Source: Armatimonadota bacterium
GTDB lineage: Bacteria; Armatimonadota; UBA5829; DTLH01
Reading direction: 5' to 3'
Assembly (NCBI GenBank): GCA_039679675.1
Contig: JBDKUN010000022.1
Span: forward strand, 1 to 64,000
Length of the DNA stretch: 64,000 nucleotides
Numbering within the stretch: the first letter of the stretch is position 1; each line of letters opens with the position of its first letter. Of the stretch, positions 1 to 9,719 are shown piece after piece. Made by a program: the position numbers and the translations under genes. The notes under the pieces were generated by a model. That model saw nothing but the letters and a program-made list of their open reading frames with translations. It was not told the origin of the DNA and searched no databases.

Positions 1-1072
1 CTAACGGATTTTGCTAGTTCAGACCGCATAAGCGGCAATGCTCATGGGATCAACTCCGAGTATCTGATTAAAATAACGAGCAAGCGAGAAAGCCGTAGCT
101 TTAGCTTGGACTCGTCTATAAAGCCCAATATCAGTACGTGCAAGAATGTGTTCAATGCCAAAGCATTCAGTAAGCACGGATATGACGGCTTCTATGGGTT
201 TTCTGATCTTGTCGATCAGCACTTGCCAGAAAGATGGCTCCTGGCCCTTCTTGTCACGCTGTCTGGCAAGCAGGTTCAGGTTCAGATTTTCCTTGGCCCA
301 GGCAGCAAGTTTATTATTGATAAAACCTTTGTCCATAATCCAGTCCTGGCCGAAAGGGTCAGGACCGTGCTTTATTCTCTCATCAAGATACCAGGCAAGG
401 AAGGTAGCGTCGTGGGTGTTGCCTGGAGAGAGGACTATATCCTCAATGTAGCCGGAATCGGTCATAACAACACAGGGACGAAGCCCGAAATACCAGCATC
501 TTTTGCTGTCGTTGTAGCCGAATGCCGAACTTGAGATCGGCAGATTTGACTGCCTGATCCGGTAGCACGCACACAAGGGCATCGGAAAGCTGTCTAGTAT
601 TCGTATCGGCTCAAGATCAGCATCCGCCCAGTAAAGGATTGCCTGCCTTATCTCTTGAAGCAGATGCCTGACTTGCTGTGCCCTACGGCTGAAGCGGCTG
701 TCCTCGGGCAGGTGAGGAAACATTGACAAATGGCTGGATCGAACCTGTCTAAGCCATGCATGTTCCCGCCTGACGTGACATAGCTCACCGACCAAAAGGA
801 CTGTTAGTGTCTCACTGTCGGAGAACTCGTCAGCTCTAGGTCCACGATGCTGTCTCGGCATATTGGAGCTACCGAATCGCTGTTTCATCCAATCGTCCAC
901 AATGCAAAAGGTTACAAGAAATAGATCATCCCGGCCAAAATCCGGGGATAATAGACTTATGGAAGGATGAGCAATCATTGGAATCACCTCATTAAGTTTG
1001 GTCTCTCAATGAGATTTCCAATGATCATCCTTCCTTAAAAGCACAACAACACGAACTAGCAAAACCCGTTAG
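1..1072 (-). mobile_element. IS982-family insertion sequence
   Basis: 20-bp terminal inverted repeats CTAACGGATTTTGCTAGTTC (1-20) and GAACTAGCAAAACCCGTTAG (1053-1072), 1 mismatch, enclose one DDE transposase. The ends may be 3 bp inside (4/1069, starting AC as is typical of IS982). The left flank is outside the window, so a TSD cannot be checked. Confidence 0.85.
19..987 (-). CDS. IS982-family DDE transposase
   Basis: FSDSE N-terminal motif, ILDSFPMPLC, GYNDSKRCWYFGLR, MDKGF, RKPIEAVISVL (DDE triad pattern). Confidence 0.88.
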   Translation of the reverse strand: MIPMIAHPSISLLSPDFGRDDLFLVTFCIVDDWMKQRFGSSNMPRQHRGPRADEFSDSETLTVLLVGELCHVRREHAWLRQVRSSHLSMFPHLPEDSRFSRRAQQVRHLLQEIRQAILYWADADLEPIRILDSFPMPLCACYRIRQSNLPISSSAFGYNDSKRCWYFGLRPCVVMTDSGYIEDIVLSPGNTHDATFLAWYLDERIKHGPDPFGQDWIMDKGFINNKLAAWAKENLNLNLLARQRDKKGQEPSFWQVLIDKIRKPIEAVISVLTECFGIEHILARTDIGLYRRVQAKATAFSLARYFNQILGVDPMSIAAYAV

Positions 1073-1147
1073 CTATTGTCGGCACAACAGGCTAACAATT
1101 ACAGCCCGCCTGCTATATGTACCAACTATTTTGACGCGAACCAAGTC

Positions 1148-1984
1148 TTAACGTTCCGTAGACTCAGGCAAATCTATATAACGGTTTGTTGCCGGAGCAA
1201 GCAAATCCCTGACTTCGCTGTGTCTGACAGAGTTATCATACACCACGAGCAGGTTAGTCAGCCGCCTGCCCGGCTTTACAACAGACTTGCCTCTATAGTA
1301 TAACGCTGTTGAACTGCCTCCGTCCAGAGCTGCCGCATCTACCGCACCGAGCTCACGCATAGCCCTCGCAATCTTGCGGAGATACACCGGTCTGGTTACC
1401 GCTGCCAGCAATAGCTTGCCGCTCTTGCTAACACCTATTGCCGTCCTGTGCCGTTTGGCAAAAAGAGATGAATCCCTAAACCCCTGAGCTCGCGGGTTCA
1501 GAGACAGCTTACCGTTCCATACCAGCACAGGTCCTCCGACTAACACGTGCTGAAACGCCGACCAGTCATTGATCCTTCCCCTTTTTGTCGGCACAAACAG
1601 GACTTCATTATTCCAGCCGAACCCTATGGCTGTCCCCACAACACCCCGGCAGGCAAAATTACCATCAACCATTATATCTCCAGTCGGGTAAAGCGAACGG
1701 GTATCGAAAAATGTGCCGGTGATAGCTGCAGTCGGTCTCGCGCGTCCGATCATCCTGCTCCATGACTCCGAGTGCCCTACTCCATAGCGTGGAAGAACGG
1801 GCGACACACGGACATCCATATCGTTCAGGTTAACCGTCACCAGGTGGACCGGTATTCCTGCAGCCCATTTTTTCTGATATGCGATGCTGTCTGGATTGGC
1901 GACTACAGACGGCGATGCAAGCATAACGGCAAGCAACATCAGCCCATTCAGAAATACTTTTTTCTGCCGGATTGTATATTTCAT
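1148..1984 (-). CDS. Exported phosphodiester glycosidase (NAGPA-like) family protein
   Basis: Signal peptide; GGPVLV, RTAIG and ALDGGSST motifs. Confidence 0.8.
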   Translation of the reverse strand: MKYTIRQKKVFLNGLMLLAVMLASPSVVANPDSIAYQKKWAAGIPVHLVTVNLNDMDVRVSPVLPRYGVGHSESWSRMIGRARPTAAITGTFFDTRSLYPTGDIMVDGNFACRGVVGTAIGFGWNNEVLFVPTKRGRINDWSAFQHVLVGGPVLVWNGKLSLNPRAQGFRDSSLFAKRHRTAIGVSKSGKLLLAAVTRPVYLRKIARAMRELGAVDAAALDGGSSTALYYRGKSVVKPGRRLTNLLVVYDNSVRHSEVRDLLAPATNRYIDLPESTER

Positions 1985-2222
1985 AGTACCAACATCCTTA
2001 TAGTTGGGTTTATTACCCGTATACTATTGTCTGCACGCACTTTAGTTAACTTATATTCCTTATATTTCCAATTACTGCATAAATTTTAGCTTATCTGGTA
2101 TCTTCGCACCTGCTTTGTCGACAAGTATTATCTAGTTTAACACTCAAACCTTGCCGGGTACAGGATTACCGTTCCATCTATTAAGCAATGACAACCGAAA
2201 TTCTCCCGAAGGAGGATAGTAT

Positions 2223-2744
2223 ATGCGAAATCAACTGTATTCACTGATCATAATAGTGTTCTTCGTATCTATAACCAGCCCTGCATTCACGCGAGCAATA
2301 CAGGCACAGGTTTCTACACCCGATGTTGGAGGCCCGTCGCCAAATGTTGGAGGGACGACTACCGTTACACCCGGTGGAGTCCAGGCACCGGCTGCGCCAG
2401 AGATAAAGCCTGAGGAACCGGAGATAACGCCCGCGCCGGAGCAACCCGGAGAAGTCGCTCCTCCGACAGTAGTTGAACCAACGGCCCCAACCGACAACCG
2501 GACGGTGCCGAAGATCAACATGAATGAGCCGCCCACTCAATCCACACCTGCTGGAGTCGGGGCCGGTCCGGGCACTGCCAGTGAGGTACCCACTGGCGGC
2601 TTCGCCGAAACGGGTACAACTGCCGCAAGAACGCAGGAGACACTGATCCCGCGCGCGGGAATTGAGCTCGGCTGGCTTTCATTACTTGGGGGAGCTATGA
2701 CAGGAGCAGGAATTGCGATGAGGAGAAGAAAAACGATGATCTGA
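2223..2744 (+). CDS. Pro/Thr-rich exported protein with a sortase-type C-terminal sorting signal
   Basis: GGAGG RBS; signal peptide; low-complexity P/T/E/A body; C-terminal IPRAG + hydrophobic segment + RRRK. Confidence 0.7.
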   Translation: MRNQLYSLIIIVFFVSITSPAFTRAIQAQVSTPDVGGPSPNVGGTTTVTPGGVQAPAAPEIKPEEPEITPAPEQPGEVAPPTVVEPTAPTDNRTVPKINMNEPPTQSTPAGVGAGPGTASEVPTGGFAETGTTAARTQETLIPRAGIELGWLSLLGGAMTGAGIAMRRRKTMI

Positions 2745-2755
2745 TTAGACGAACA

Positions 2756-3529
2756 TCATCGTCTTTTCTGTTTTCCGTCAGACTTATCTGCCTCGCTGTG
2801 GGTTCCTGCGGCGCTTATCGCTTTTGACAAGAGCATCTGCGCACTGTAGTTCTGAGGTTCAAGTGCAAGTGCGAGACGGCTTTCTTTTTCTGCAGCCTTA
2901 TTGTCACCGCGTTTGTAGTAGATATACGCAAGATCGATATGGACTACAGGGTTTTTCTCGTCCAGATCCTGCTTGAATACATCTCTGTTAGCAGGGCACA
3001 CAAGAAGGCTCCAGTTGCCGTGACGCTGCCAGAGTGTCAGGAACGTATTGTAATCTATCTGCTTCTTATCCGGTTCATACGGATCGCTCACATATACGAC
3101 ACCAGCTGTCTCATCATATCCTGTCACAACACGATAATGTCCTGATCTATCCATAACACTCGTGTCCTGAAGCACAATTACAGGAATGCCGAGCGCGAGC
3201 TTTTCTTTAAGGTCCGCGAGGCTGCTGTTCCAGGAATAAGCGGAAAAACCCCGTTTACGGGCATACAGCATCATATCAGCGCCGTTGGTAGCCTTTATGC
3301 TGCTGTCGTATACTTCCTCGCCAACAGATTCCTGGTTGGCATCCGCCTGCCAGTATTTGAGCACGGTAGTAAGAGTCGCCGGGCCGCAATAATTGGTCAA
3401 TTGCTTGACATACGGTACACTTGAAATCAGGCAACGCGAAGGAAGCTTCTCGCTGAATGTGGGTAATACCCCAATTAGAAGCAAAGACAGGGCGATTAAC
3501 GATACCAGGAGGGATCTTGCTTGTTTCAT
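2756..3529 (-). CDS. Peptidase C39-like protein with C-terminal TPR
   Basis: Signal peptide; VPYVKQ..NYCGPA catalytic Cys, GHYRVVTGYD, SDP; TPR helix pair. Confidence 0.8.
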   Translation of the reverse strand: MKQARSLLVSLIALSLLLIGVLPTFSEKLPSRCLISSVPYVKQLTNYCGPATLTTVLKYWQADANQESVGEEVYDSSIKATNGADMMLYARKRGFSAYSWNSSLADLKEKLALGIPVIVLQDTSVMDRSGHYRVVTGYDETAGVVYVSDPYEPDKKQIDYNTFLTLWQRHGNWSLLVCPANRDVFKQDLDEKNPVVHIDLAYIYYKRGDNKAAEKESRLALALEPQNYSAQMLLSKAISAAGTHSEADKSDGKQKRR

Positions 3530-3596
3530 ACTACCATGGCGCTGCGGTTCCTCAAAACGCAGTGCCTGTTTTCATTATACTTGAGGTACAGTCAAT

Positions 3597-4175
3597 ATGC
3601 AATGGTTACGCCTGACAAAATTACCGGTTTTTGCGGAATTTCTTATAGTTGCGGGGTTGATATGCCTGTTTACGCCTATCATCTGGTCTCTGCAGTCGAA
3701 TAATCTTCAGTCGAGCGAACGAAAATCGTGGGATAATGATCAAAAAAGAGGAACACAGTCACTACAGTATCAGCGATACAGGTTGATAATACCTAAGCTG
3801 GGCCTCGATGCGGTTGTAGTCGAAGAAATCACTGAGTCTGACCTTAATAAGGGGCCGATGCACATGGCCGGAACTCCAGACCCCGGCCATCCCGGCAACT
3901 GCTGCATAGCGGCGCACAAAGAAAAATGGTTCCGCGGCCTTGCGAAATTATCCAACGGGGATACAGTAAATCTCGAATCAGGAAAAACGAGCTATACCTA
4001 CAAAGTAACTGGCCAGGATGTAGTAAGCCCGAACGATATACAGGCGCTCGCAGATACCCGAAGCCCGACGCTTACGCTGATAACCTGTACAGGCCGTCCG
4101 TTTTTCGGTTCAGGATCTGGCAGGCTACTCGTCCGGGCAAAACTCGCTTCTGCAAAACAGTTAACCAAAGAATAG
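3597..4175 (+). CDS. Sortase (class D-like)
   Basis: N-terminal TM; LIIPKLGL, GNCCIAAH, LTLITC and RLLVRA give the His/Cys/Arg triad. Confidence 0.88.
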   Translation: MQWLRLTKLPVFAEFLIVAGLICLFTPIIWSLQSNNLQSSERKSWDNDQKRGTQSLQYQRYRLIIPKLGLDAVVVEEITESDLNKGPMHMAGTPDPGHPGNCCIAAHKEKWFRGLAKLSNGDTVNLESGKTSYTYKVTGQDVVSPNDIQALADTRSPTLTLITCTGRPFFGSGSGRLLVRAKLASAKQLTKE

Positions 4176-4178
4176 GCA

Positions 4179-5060
4179 TTACACCGCCAGCACTCTCGTC
4201 ATCGTATCGATAACTGTTTCGAGCGGCGTCGGATTGAAATTGAACTCTTCATACACACGGTTTCTGTCGCCGCCTATCCTGCCCTCAAGTATGGCATCGA
4301 ACATTTTCATATAGTCCCGCGCAGCTACGGAAGTCATCCCAGCCTGTATCATCCTCTGTTCGCCCTGCTCATGCGTCTCTTCGCTGTATCGCAGATTTCT
4401 ACCGATGATCCTGCTGAAGATATCCGTAACTTCAAGCATGTTATAGTCTTTCGGTGCGATCAGGTCGTACGCCTCGCTGGCTCTTCCACCCCGCAAAAGC
4501 GATTTAACAGCAGCATAAGCAACATCCTCAGTTGCAACCATAGGAACCGGCACATCACCAGGGATCGGCAATGAGATCATATCGAACTGCTGGATAATCG
4601 GGACCTGCTGATATAGATTCTCCATGAAATAGGTCGGCCTGAGAAATGTAGTGTCTATGCCCGACCGGGCGATTGAATCCTCTACTTCTGCCTTGGAATC
4701 GAAGAAAGGGATTCCGGTGTTATCGCGCGCGTTGATCACGGATAGATAAACCACATGCCCGACATCCATATCTTTGAGCGCGGCTCCGTAATTCCTGCCA
4801 ATAGCAAGTTCCTCTTCGATGTAATTATCACTGTTCCTGTTCATGGGGGTCATCAGGAACGCGCTGTCGCACCCATCGAGTGTGGTCTTAATATCATCCC
4901 CGTTTTGGAGTAAACCGATAACCACCTCCGCTCCGCCTGTCTTGAGCGGAGCAGCATTTTCCGGCGAGCGCGCCATCACCCGGACCGGAACCCCCGATTC
5001 AAGCAGCATAGCAGCTACTTTGCCTCCGACTTTTCCTGTTGCTCCAAAAACCGCAATCAT
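4179..5060 (-). CDS. NmrA-family NAD(P)-binding protein
   Basis: IAVFGATGKVG Rossmann motif; LRPTYFMEN. Confidence 0.88.
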   Translation of the reverse strand: MIAVFGATGKVGGKVAAMLLESGVPVRVMARSPENAAPLKTGGAEVVIGLLQNGDDIKTTLDGCDSAFLMTPMNRNSDNYIEEELAIGRNYGAALKDMDVGHVVYLSVINARDNTGIPFFDSKAEVEDSIARSGIDTTFLRPTYFMENLYQQVPIIQQFDMISLPIPGDVPVPMVATEDVAYAAVKSLLRGGRASEAYDLIAPKDYNMLEVTDIFSRIIGRNLRYSEETHEQGEQRMIQAGMTSVAARDYMKMFDAILEGRIGGDRNRVYEEFNFNPTPLETVIDTMTRVLAV

Positions 5061-5217
5061 CCCGTGTTACCTCCCAAAATCCTGGCTGTTCAGTTGATTC
5101 CCAACCAGACGGCAAGCCAAACAGATTAACGAAAAGAAGAATTAGTGTAACAGTTCATTCTTGCTCAGAATGATATATAATTCTGAGCAACCAGCACGTC
5201 ACCCTAAACGACAAAGA

Positions 5218-5281
5218 CGTCACCCTGAACTTGATTCAGGGTCCATTTTCTTCCTGGATTCCGAGTCAAGCTCGGAATGAC
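5218..5281 (+). repeat. CGTC-tagged double-hairpin repeat (family A)
   Basis: CGTCACCCTGAACTTGATTCAGGGTCC...GGATTCCGAGTCAAGCTCGGAATGAC; related copies at 17479, 22284, 23800, 45954, 50076. Confidence 0.9.
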
Positions 5282-5324
5282 ATAGCATGTTGACATATAC
5301 ATCGATTCATGCGATTTTATTGCT

Positions 5325-6095
5325 ATGAGTACAGCAGCTATCATTGCAGGATCAGGTGTAGGACAGCTTGAGCCATTTCGTTCCTGGGAAATTCACTCCG
5401 TCGAAACAAGCTACGGAACTGTGGAAGTGCAAAGAGGCGAAATAGACGGATCGACGGTGTTCTTTACCCTGCGGCATGGCAGGGGTCATACCGTTCCTCC
5501 TCACCTAATCAACTACAAGGCATTAATATCGGCACTTGACAAACTCGGCGTGGAACGGATCATCGGAACGGCGGCCGTAGGGTCGCTCCTCATCGATCTT
5601 TCCCCCGGTACTGCCGCCGTTTTGACCGATTTTATAGACTTTTCCCGGCAGGGTGTGATAACTTGCTTCGATTCGCCCAATACGGGAGTCGTCCATACCG
5701 ATTTCAGCGAGCCCTTTTGCCCTGAAATATCGGACTCTCTCTTTGCGGCGGCGGAAAAATCGAAGTTCGAAGTGGCAACTCCCTGCGTTTACCTGCGCGC
5801 AGATGGTCCCAGATACGAAACTCCCGCTGAAATCGCTGCTTTTCGCTCTTTTGGAGCAGATGTCATCGGGATGACAACCGTTCCTGAGGCAATACTCGCC
5901 AGAGAGATGGGTATTTGCTATGGAGCGATTGCAATCATCACTAACTACGCCGCAGGCATATCTCCCACACCTCTTTCACACGCCGAAGTTGTGGCAATAA
6001 TGACATCCATGGGAGACCGTCTCTCCAAAACACTGCTGGAATCTATCCGGTCTTTGCCACCGAGCAAAAACTGCGGCTGCGGGAGGAACAGGTAG
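5325..6095 (+). CDS. mtnP: 5'-methylthioadenosine/methylthioinosine-type purine nucleoside phosphorylase
   Basis: RHGRGHTVPPHLINYKA, GPRYETPAEI, IGMT.VPEA.LARE, ITNYAAG, C-terminal CGC. Confidence 0.82.
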   Translation: MSTAAIIAGSGVGQLEPFRSWEIHSVETSYGTVEVQRGEIDGSTVFFTLRHGRGHTVPPHLINYKALISALDKLGVERIIGTAAVGSLLIDLSPGTAAVLTDFIDFSRQGVITCFDSPNTGVVHTDFSEPFCPEISDSLFAAAEKSKFEVATPCVYLRADGPRYETPAEIAAFRSFGADVIGMTTVPEAILAREMGICYGAIAIITNYAAGISPTPLSHAEVVAIMTSMGDRLSKTLLESIRSLPPSKNCGCGRNR

Positions 6096-6105
6096 GAGTT
6101 CGCTA

Positions 6106-6465
6106 TTATTCATCAGATTCTTCGTAAGTTGATAACTGTGCAATAGCCTCTTCCGCTTTTAGCCGCATAATCTCCAGGTCTTTTGCAGGGTCGTCCGCTG
6201 TCAGCGCCAGGTGTCCAGAATCCATCGCGTCTTCCAGGTTCACGATAGCCATTTCGATGCGCGACTGATCCTCGTCTGACTCCACAATGTCCAGAGCATC
6301 TTCCAGCCTGTTCATCATCTCTTCGCTCAAACGCAGCGCCTCATGCACGGCCTCTTTGGTATCATCGGGGAATTCAGACTCCGAAACCCGGTCAAGATCC
6401 GCGATTACATCATCAGCAAACGATATAGCTTCCGCGAGCAGCATATCCACTTCGTCCATATGCAC
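6106..6465 (-). CDS. Acidic helical hypothetical protein
   Basis: 119-aa ORF with GAGG RBS; D/E-rich amphipathic helices. Confidence 0.6.
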   Translation of the reverse strand: MHMDEVDMLLAEAISFADDVIADLDRVSESEFPDDTKEAVHEALRLSEEMMNRLEDALDIVESDEDQSRIEMAIVNLEDAMDSGHLALTADDPAKDLEIMRLKAEEAIAQLSTYEESDE

Positions 6466-6540
6466 CCCTCAGTTTGATGATTCTAACCGTTCGCTTTTGA
6501 TGCTACCCCTCTAAGCCCGGCAGTGAAACGAATGTACATA

Positions 6541-6576
6541 AAAAAAGGACGGAACTTTTTCGGTTCCGTCCTTTTT
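6541..6576. terminator. Intrinsic terminator (possibly bidirectional)
   Basis: AAAAAAGGACGGAAC-loop-GTTCCGTCCTTTTT, just downstream of the minus-strand membrane operon. Confidence 0.85.
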
Positions 6577-6593
6577 AGCAGATTTATGATAAT

Positions 6594-7400
6594 CTATGCT
6601 TCAGTAGTCTCAGCAGGCAGTTCTCCTGCAGGCTCCTTTTCATAGTCCCCTTTCATCTTCTTAGGCGGCTGCGGTCTGAAGAGGAAGTATCCTATTAATA
6701 TGAGGGCAATTATTCCTATCATTATACCCCATCCAAGCCAGGAAATCTTTGTCCCCCAGCCGATCAGGAAGTCCAGTCTTCCTATGAACAGGGCCATCCT
6801 TGCCATAACAGTCGATCCGAACATTGCGCCGAACGCAAACATCAGGAACCATCTGCCCAGCTTTGCCGACCCCCGCATGGTCTTTGTCTTATGGTCTATC
6901 GAGAAGAAGAAGTAAGACATGATGGTGATCAGGATAAACACAAATATGAAGTTGTTTACCGCTACTGTTGCTGGGACACCCGGCGTGGGTATTACCGGCT
7001 TAAACGACCCTCGTATCTGCGGGATCGTCATATTGGCGAAGTCCTGAAATGCCATTCCTGCACCAAGCCCCATGAGGAACCCGAACATCAGCTTGCTTAT
7101 CCATGAATTTTTCTTACTGAAAACGTAATAGAACATAAGTCCGGCAGGTAGAGCGAATGCCCACCACCACTGGCCTTGAACAAATAATACATCCCACCAC
7201 TTGGGCTTGATCATATCTGTCCAGGTTATGAATACCCCCTGTCCGCAGGCCAGTCCGATAAATATGTGCTCAAACAGCCTGTAATAAGGGTTCTCCTTAT
7301 AAAGTATGGAGAAAATAGCCAGAGTACAGATCACAGCGATTATGTTTGAGATGCTGGTCACATGATTCGATATATACTTCAATATTTCAGTCATTGCCAT
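6594..7400 (-). CDS. Uncharacterised multi-pass membrane protein
   Basis: About 7 hydrophobic segments; SILYKENPYYRLFEHIFIG, GRWFLMFAFGAMFG; last gene of a tightly spaced operon. Confidence 0.75.
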   Translation of the reverse strand: MAMTEILKYISNHVTSISNIIAVICTLAIFSILYKENPYYRLFEHIFIGLACGQGVFITWTDMIKPKWWDVLFVQGQWWWAFALPAGLMFYYVFSKKNSWISKLMFGFLMGLGAGMAFQDFANMTIPQIRGSFKPVIPTPGVPATVAVNNFIFVFILITIMSYFFFSIDHKTKTMRGSAKLGRWFLMFAFGAMFGSTVMARMALFIGRLDFLIGWGTKISWLGWGIMIGIIALILIGYFLFRPQPPKKMKGDYEKEPAGELPAETTEA

Positions 7401-7406
7401 CTCCTC

Positions 7407-8285
7407 CTACATAACCTGCCGGCGATGCTGCGACATAAAGTAACCGATATTACCGAGTATGATAAGCACAATGATCATCAGATGGGATGTCGAGAGTGCA
7501 TTTGCGCCGCGGAGCGCAAAGGTGTCCGTTGTTTTGAGATCCGGATTATCTTTTGCCAACTGCGTTTCGTATTTCGCCGCGCCGATCAGGCCCGGCATCA
7601 AACCACAGATCTGTCCTGCATCCAGCATATTATATCCTTCAGGGCCGTTCACAGCAGTCGGCAGGTATGCAATAGGCACTTTGTTAGTCTGTCCGAGGAA
7701 TGAAATCCATATTCCTACGGTACCTGAGCCTGTCACTTCGAAAACGATACCTATGTTCTTGCAGTCATTCACACCCTTCATCATAGGAATGTCTTTAAGC
7801 GGTGTACCGTACATATCCTTGCCAAGCGCATCGCATACTCCGCGGGGCATGCTCTGTATAATCTGCGCCATCTGACCACCAGGCCGCCACCCTGTGCTGA
7901 TCCAGTCCTTTCCGTATTTCTTCCCCATTTCCTTAGCTATTCTTTTGATGGAGTCTGTCGCAATCGTATTGCCCTGCTGGTCCCAGGGAAGAAGGATTAA
8001 CGGAATTCCGTCTTTGAACAGGTGTCTGGCGACAGCTTCCGTCTGGGATCTGTTCTCAGCGAGCGTCCCGGCTCCCCATGATACTGAGATAATGCCGACT
8101 TTGTACACACCGTCTTCTGCCCTGTCACTTTTAATCTTCTCCACTGTGTTATACAGTGACTTCACTTCCTGTGTCACTGCTATCGGCTGTTTCCACTTCA
8201 AGTAGAGCGGAACGGCAACCACTACAACAAGCAGGATATACATTACTCTACGATCTATATTCTGGAGATTCATCAAGAATTTCAT
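7407..8285 (-). CDS. Uncharacterised membrane-anchored protein
   Basis: N- and C-terminal TM segments around a soluble alpha/beta domain; GQICGLMPGLIGAAKYE. Confidence 0.75.
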   Translation of the reverse strand: MKFLMNLQNIDRRVMYILLVVVVAVPLYLKWKQPIAVTQEVKSLYNTVEKIKSDRAEDGVYKVGIISVSWGAGTLAENRSQTEAVARHLFKDGIPLILLPWDQQGNTIATDSIKRIAKEMGKKYGKDWISTGWRPGGQMAQIIQSMPRGVCDALGKDMYGTPLKDIPMMKGVNDCKNIGIVFEVTGSGTVGIWISFLGQTNKVPIAYLPTAVNGPEGYNMLDAGQICGLMPGLIGAAKYETQLAKDNPDLKTTDTFALRGANALSTSHLMIIVLIILGNIGYFMSQHRRQVM

Positions 8286-8295
8286 TCTAAGCTCC

Positions 8296-9714
8296 TTACA
8301 ACTGCTTATCGAAATAGCTGCCGCGCTCGAGGCTCAACCATATTCGTAGAGCCATTGCCAGTCCACCGACGCTTATACCGAACTGCATTCCGCGCTGAGC
8401 GGCCATATTCGGAAGCGTCATAATCCAGTCCCCGATATTTTCCAACTTCAGGAATTTTAGATTACCGTGTAATCCACTGGTCATCCACATACCTACAGGA
8501 ACGACCGAGAGCATAACCAAAAATGCCGATATCATCATAATCACGGCATCCACCGATCTTATTCTGAATGCTCTGTAGGCTGCTGATACTATATAGAATG
8601 CAACAAGAGAGAACATAGTCGACTGCAATGCGGTCAACCCACCCTCGAACACTATTCTATAGGCCGTGTGTGAAAAATCAGCGTATACAGACCCATGCGG
8701 GGCAGCGTACCTATCAAGAAACCCCAAAACCGTCATTGTCGCTATAGCAATGAAGAAGGCCAGGCTGTTATACCAGCCCTTTTTCCTCTTGGCGATAGCC
8801 TTACCGTGGATAGAGAACAGTCCGAAAAGCCCCAGTGCAAAGGCAAAGGACCCGACAACCGAGTTGACAGTAGCAAGCGGCAGCTTATAGCGGGAAAGGA
8901 AGTTATCCGATACTACAGAGGTCCTTGCCTCAACTATCTTGTCTGCAGCTTTATTGAGAATTCCAGTGAGGTTACTTCCTGGCTGGGTTATGTTGCCCAA
9001 TTGCGACTTTGCACTATTGATAAGAGTTATAGCACCAGCCTCCCATTTTTCGCCTTCTTTCGGAAACGGCAAAGTGATGCTGTTATTAGCACTGGTTATA
9101 TCGTTACTCCGCTTCATCAACGCTTTTATTTTATCGTTGACTATTACGGACTTGCCGTTATACGTATCACTCTCGACCATATCTTTCGTCAGGTGATGGT
9201 CCCTCGCAAACGCATCGGCTATTTTCAGTTCGGATTCTATCCTGCTGTCGGCTTTAGGTTTGGCACTTTCAAGATCAGACTTGATTTTATCCAAATGGGT
9301 AAGCGCCGCACTCAGGTCTTTATCTGCACTGGCAGTCCGCTGGGAACACATTGCCGGACTGACCGTTATCGATGTCTTTTTTTTATTTTTCCGCGCTTCT
9401 TCTTGCGCTGCTACCCGCGTCTCAACCACGCTGACATCGTTCGCAGCCTGGCGGACCAATCGTTCAGCAACAAGAGTCTCTTTACGTATAGACGCCATTT
9501 CACTGCTTGACGGGATGATAAATTCGATGAAATAGAACCATCCTGCTACGAATGTAACTCCGATAATGATGGGTCTACGCCATTTGTTCGGCACCTTGGT
9601 AAGCAAAAACAGGAAGGCTATCCCGATGACAATAGATGCCGCGATATATACGTATTCCATCGGGCCTAAAATCGGGACAAAAAGTGTAGATAAGCAGTTG
9701 GTAAATCCTATCAT
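8296..9714 (-). CDS. Uncharacterised membrane protein with a large helical insertion
   Basis: 2 N-terminal TMs, ~200-aa coiled-coil-like region, C-terminal TM bundle with TMFSLVAFYIVSAAYRAFR. Confidence 0.72.
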   Translation of the reverse strand: MIGFTNCLSTLFVPILGPMEYVYIAASIVIGIAFLFLLTKVPNKWRRPIIIGVTFVAGWFYFIEFIIPSSSEMASIRKETLVAERLVRQAANDVSVVETRVAAQEEARKNKKKTSITVSPAMCSQRTASADKDLSAALTHLDKIKSDLESAKPKADSRIESELKIADAFARDHHLTKDMVESDTYNGKSVIVNDKIKALMKRSNDITSANNSITLPFPKEGEKWEAGAITLINSAKSQLGNITQPGSNLTGILNKAADKIVEARTSVVSDNFLSRYKLPLATVNSVVGSFAFALGLFGLFSIHGKAIAKRKKGWYNSLAFFIAIATMTVLGFLDRYAAPHGSVYADFSHTAYRIVFEGGLTALQSTMFSLVAFYIVSAAYRAFRIRSVDAVIMMISAFLVMLSVVPVGMWMTSGLHGNLKFLKLENIGDWIMTLPNMAAQRGMQFGISVGGLAMALRIWLSLERGSYFDKQL

Positions 9715-9719
9715 AAGTT

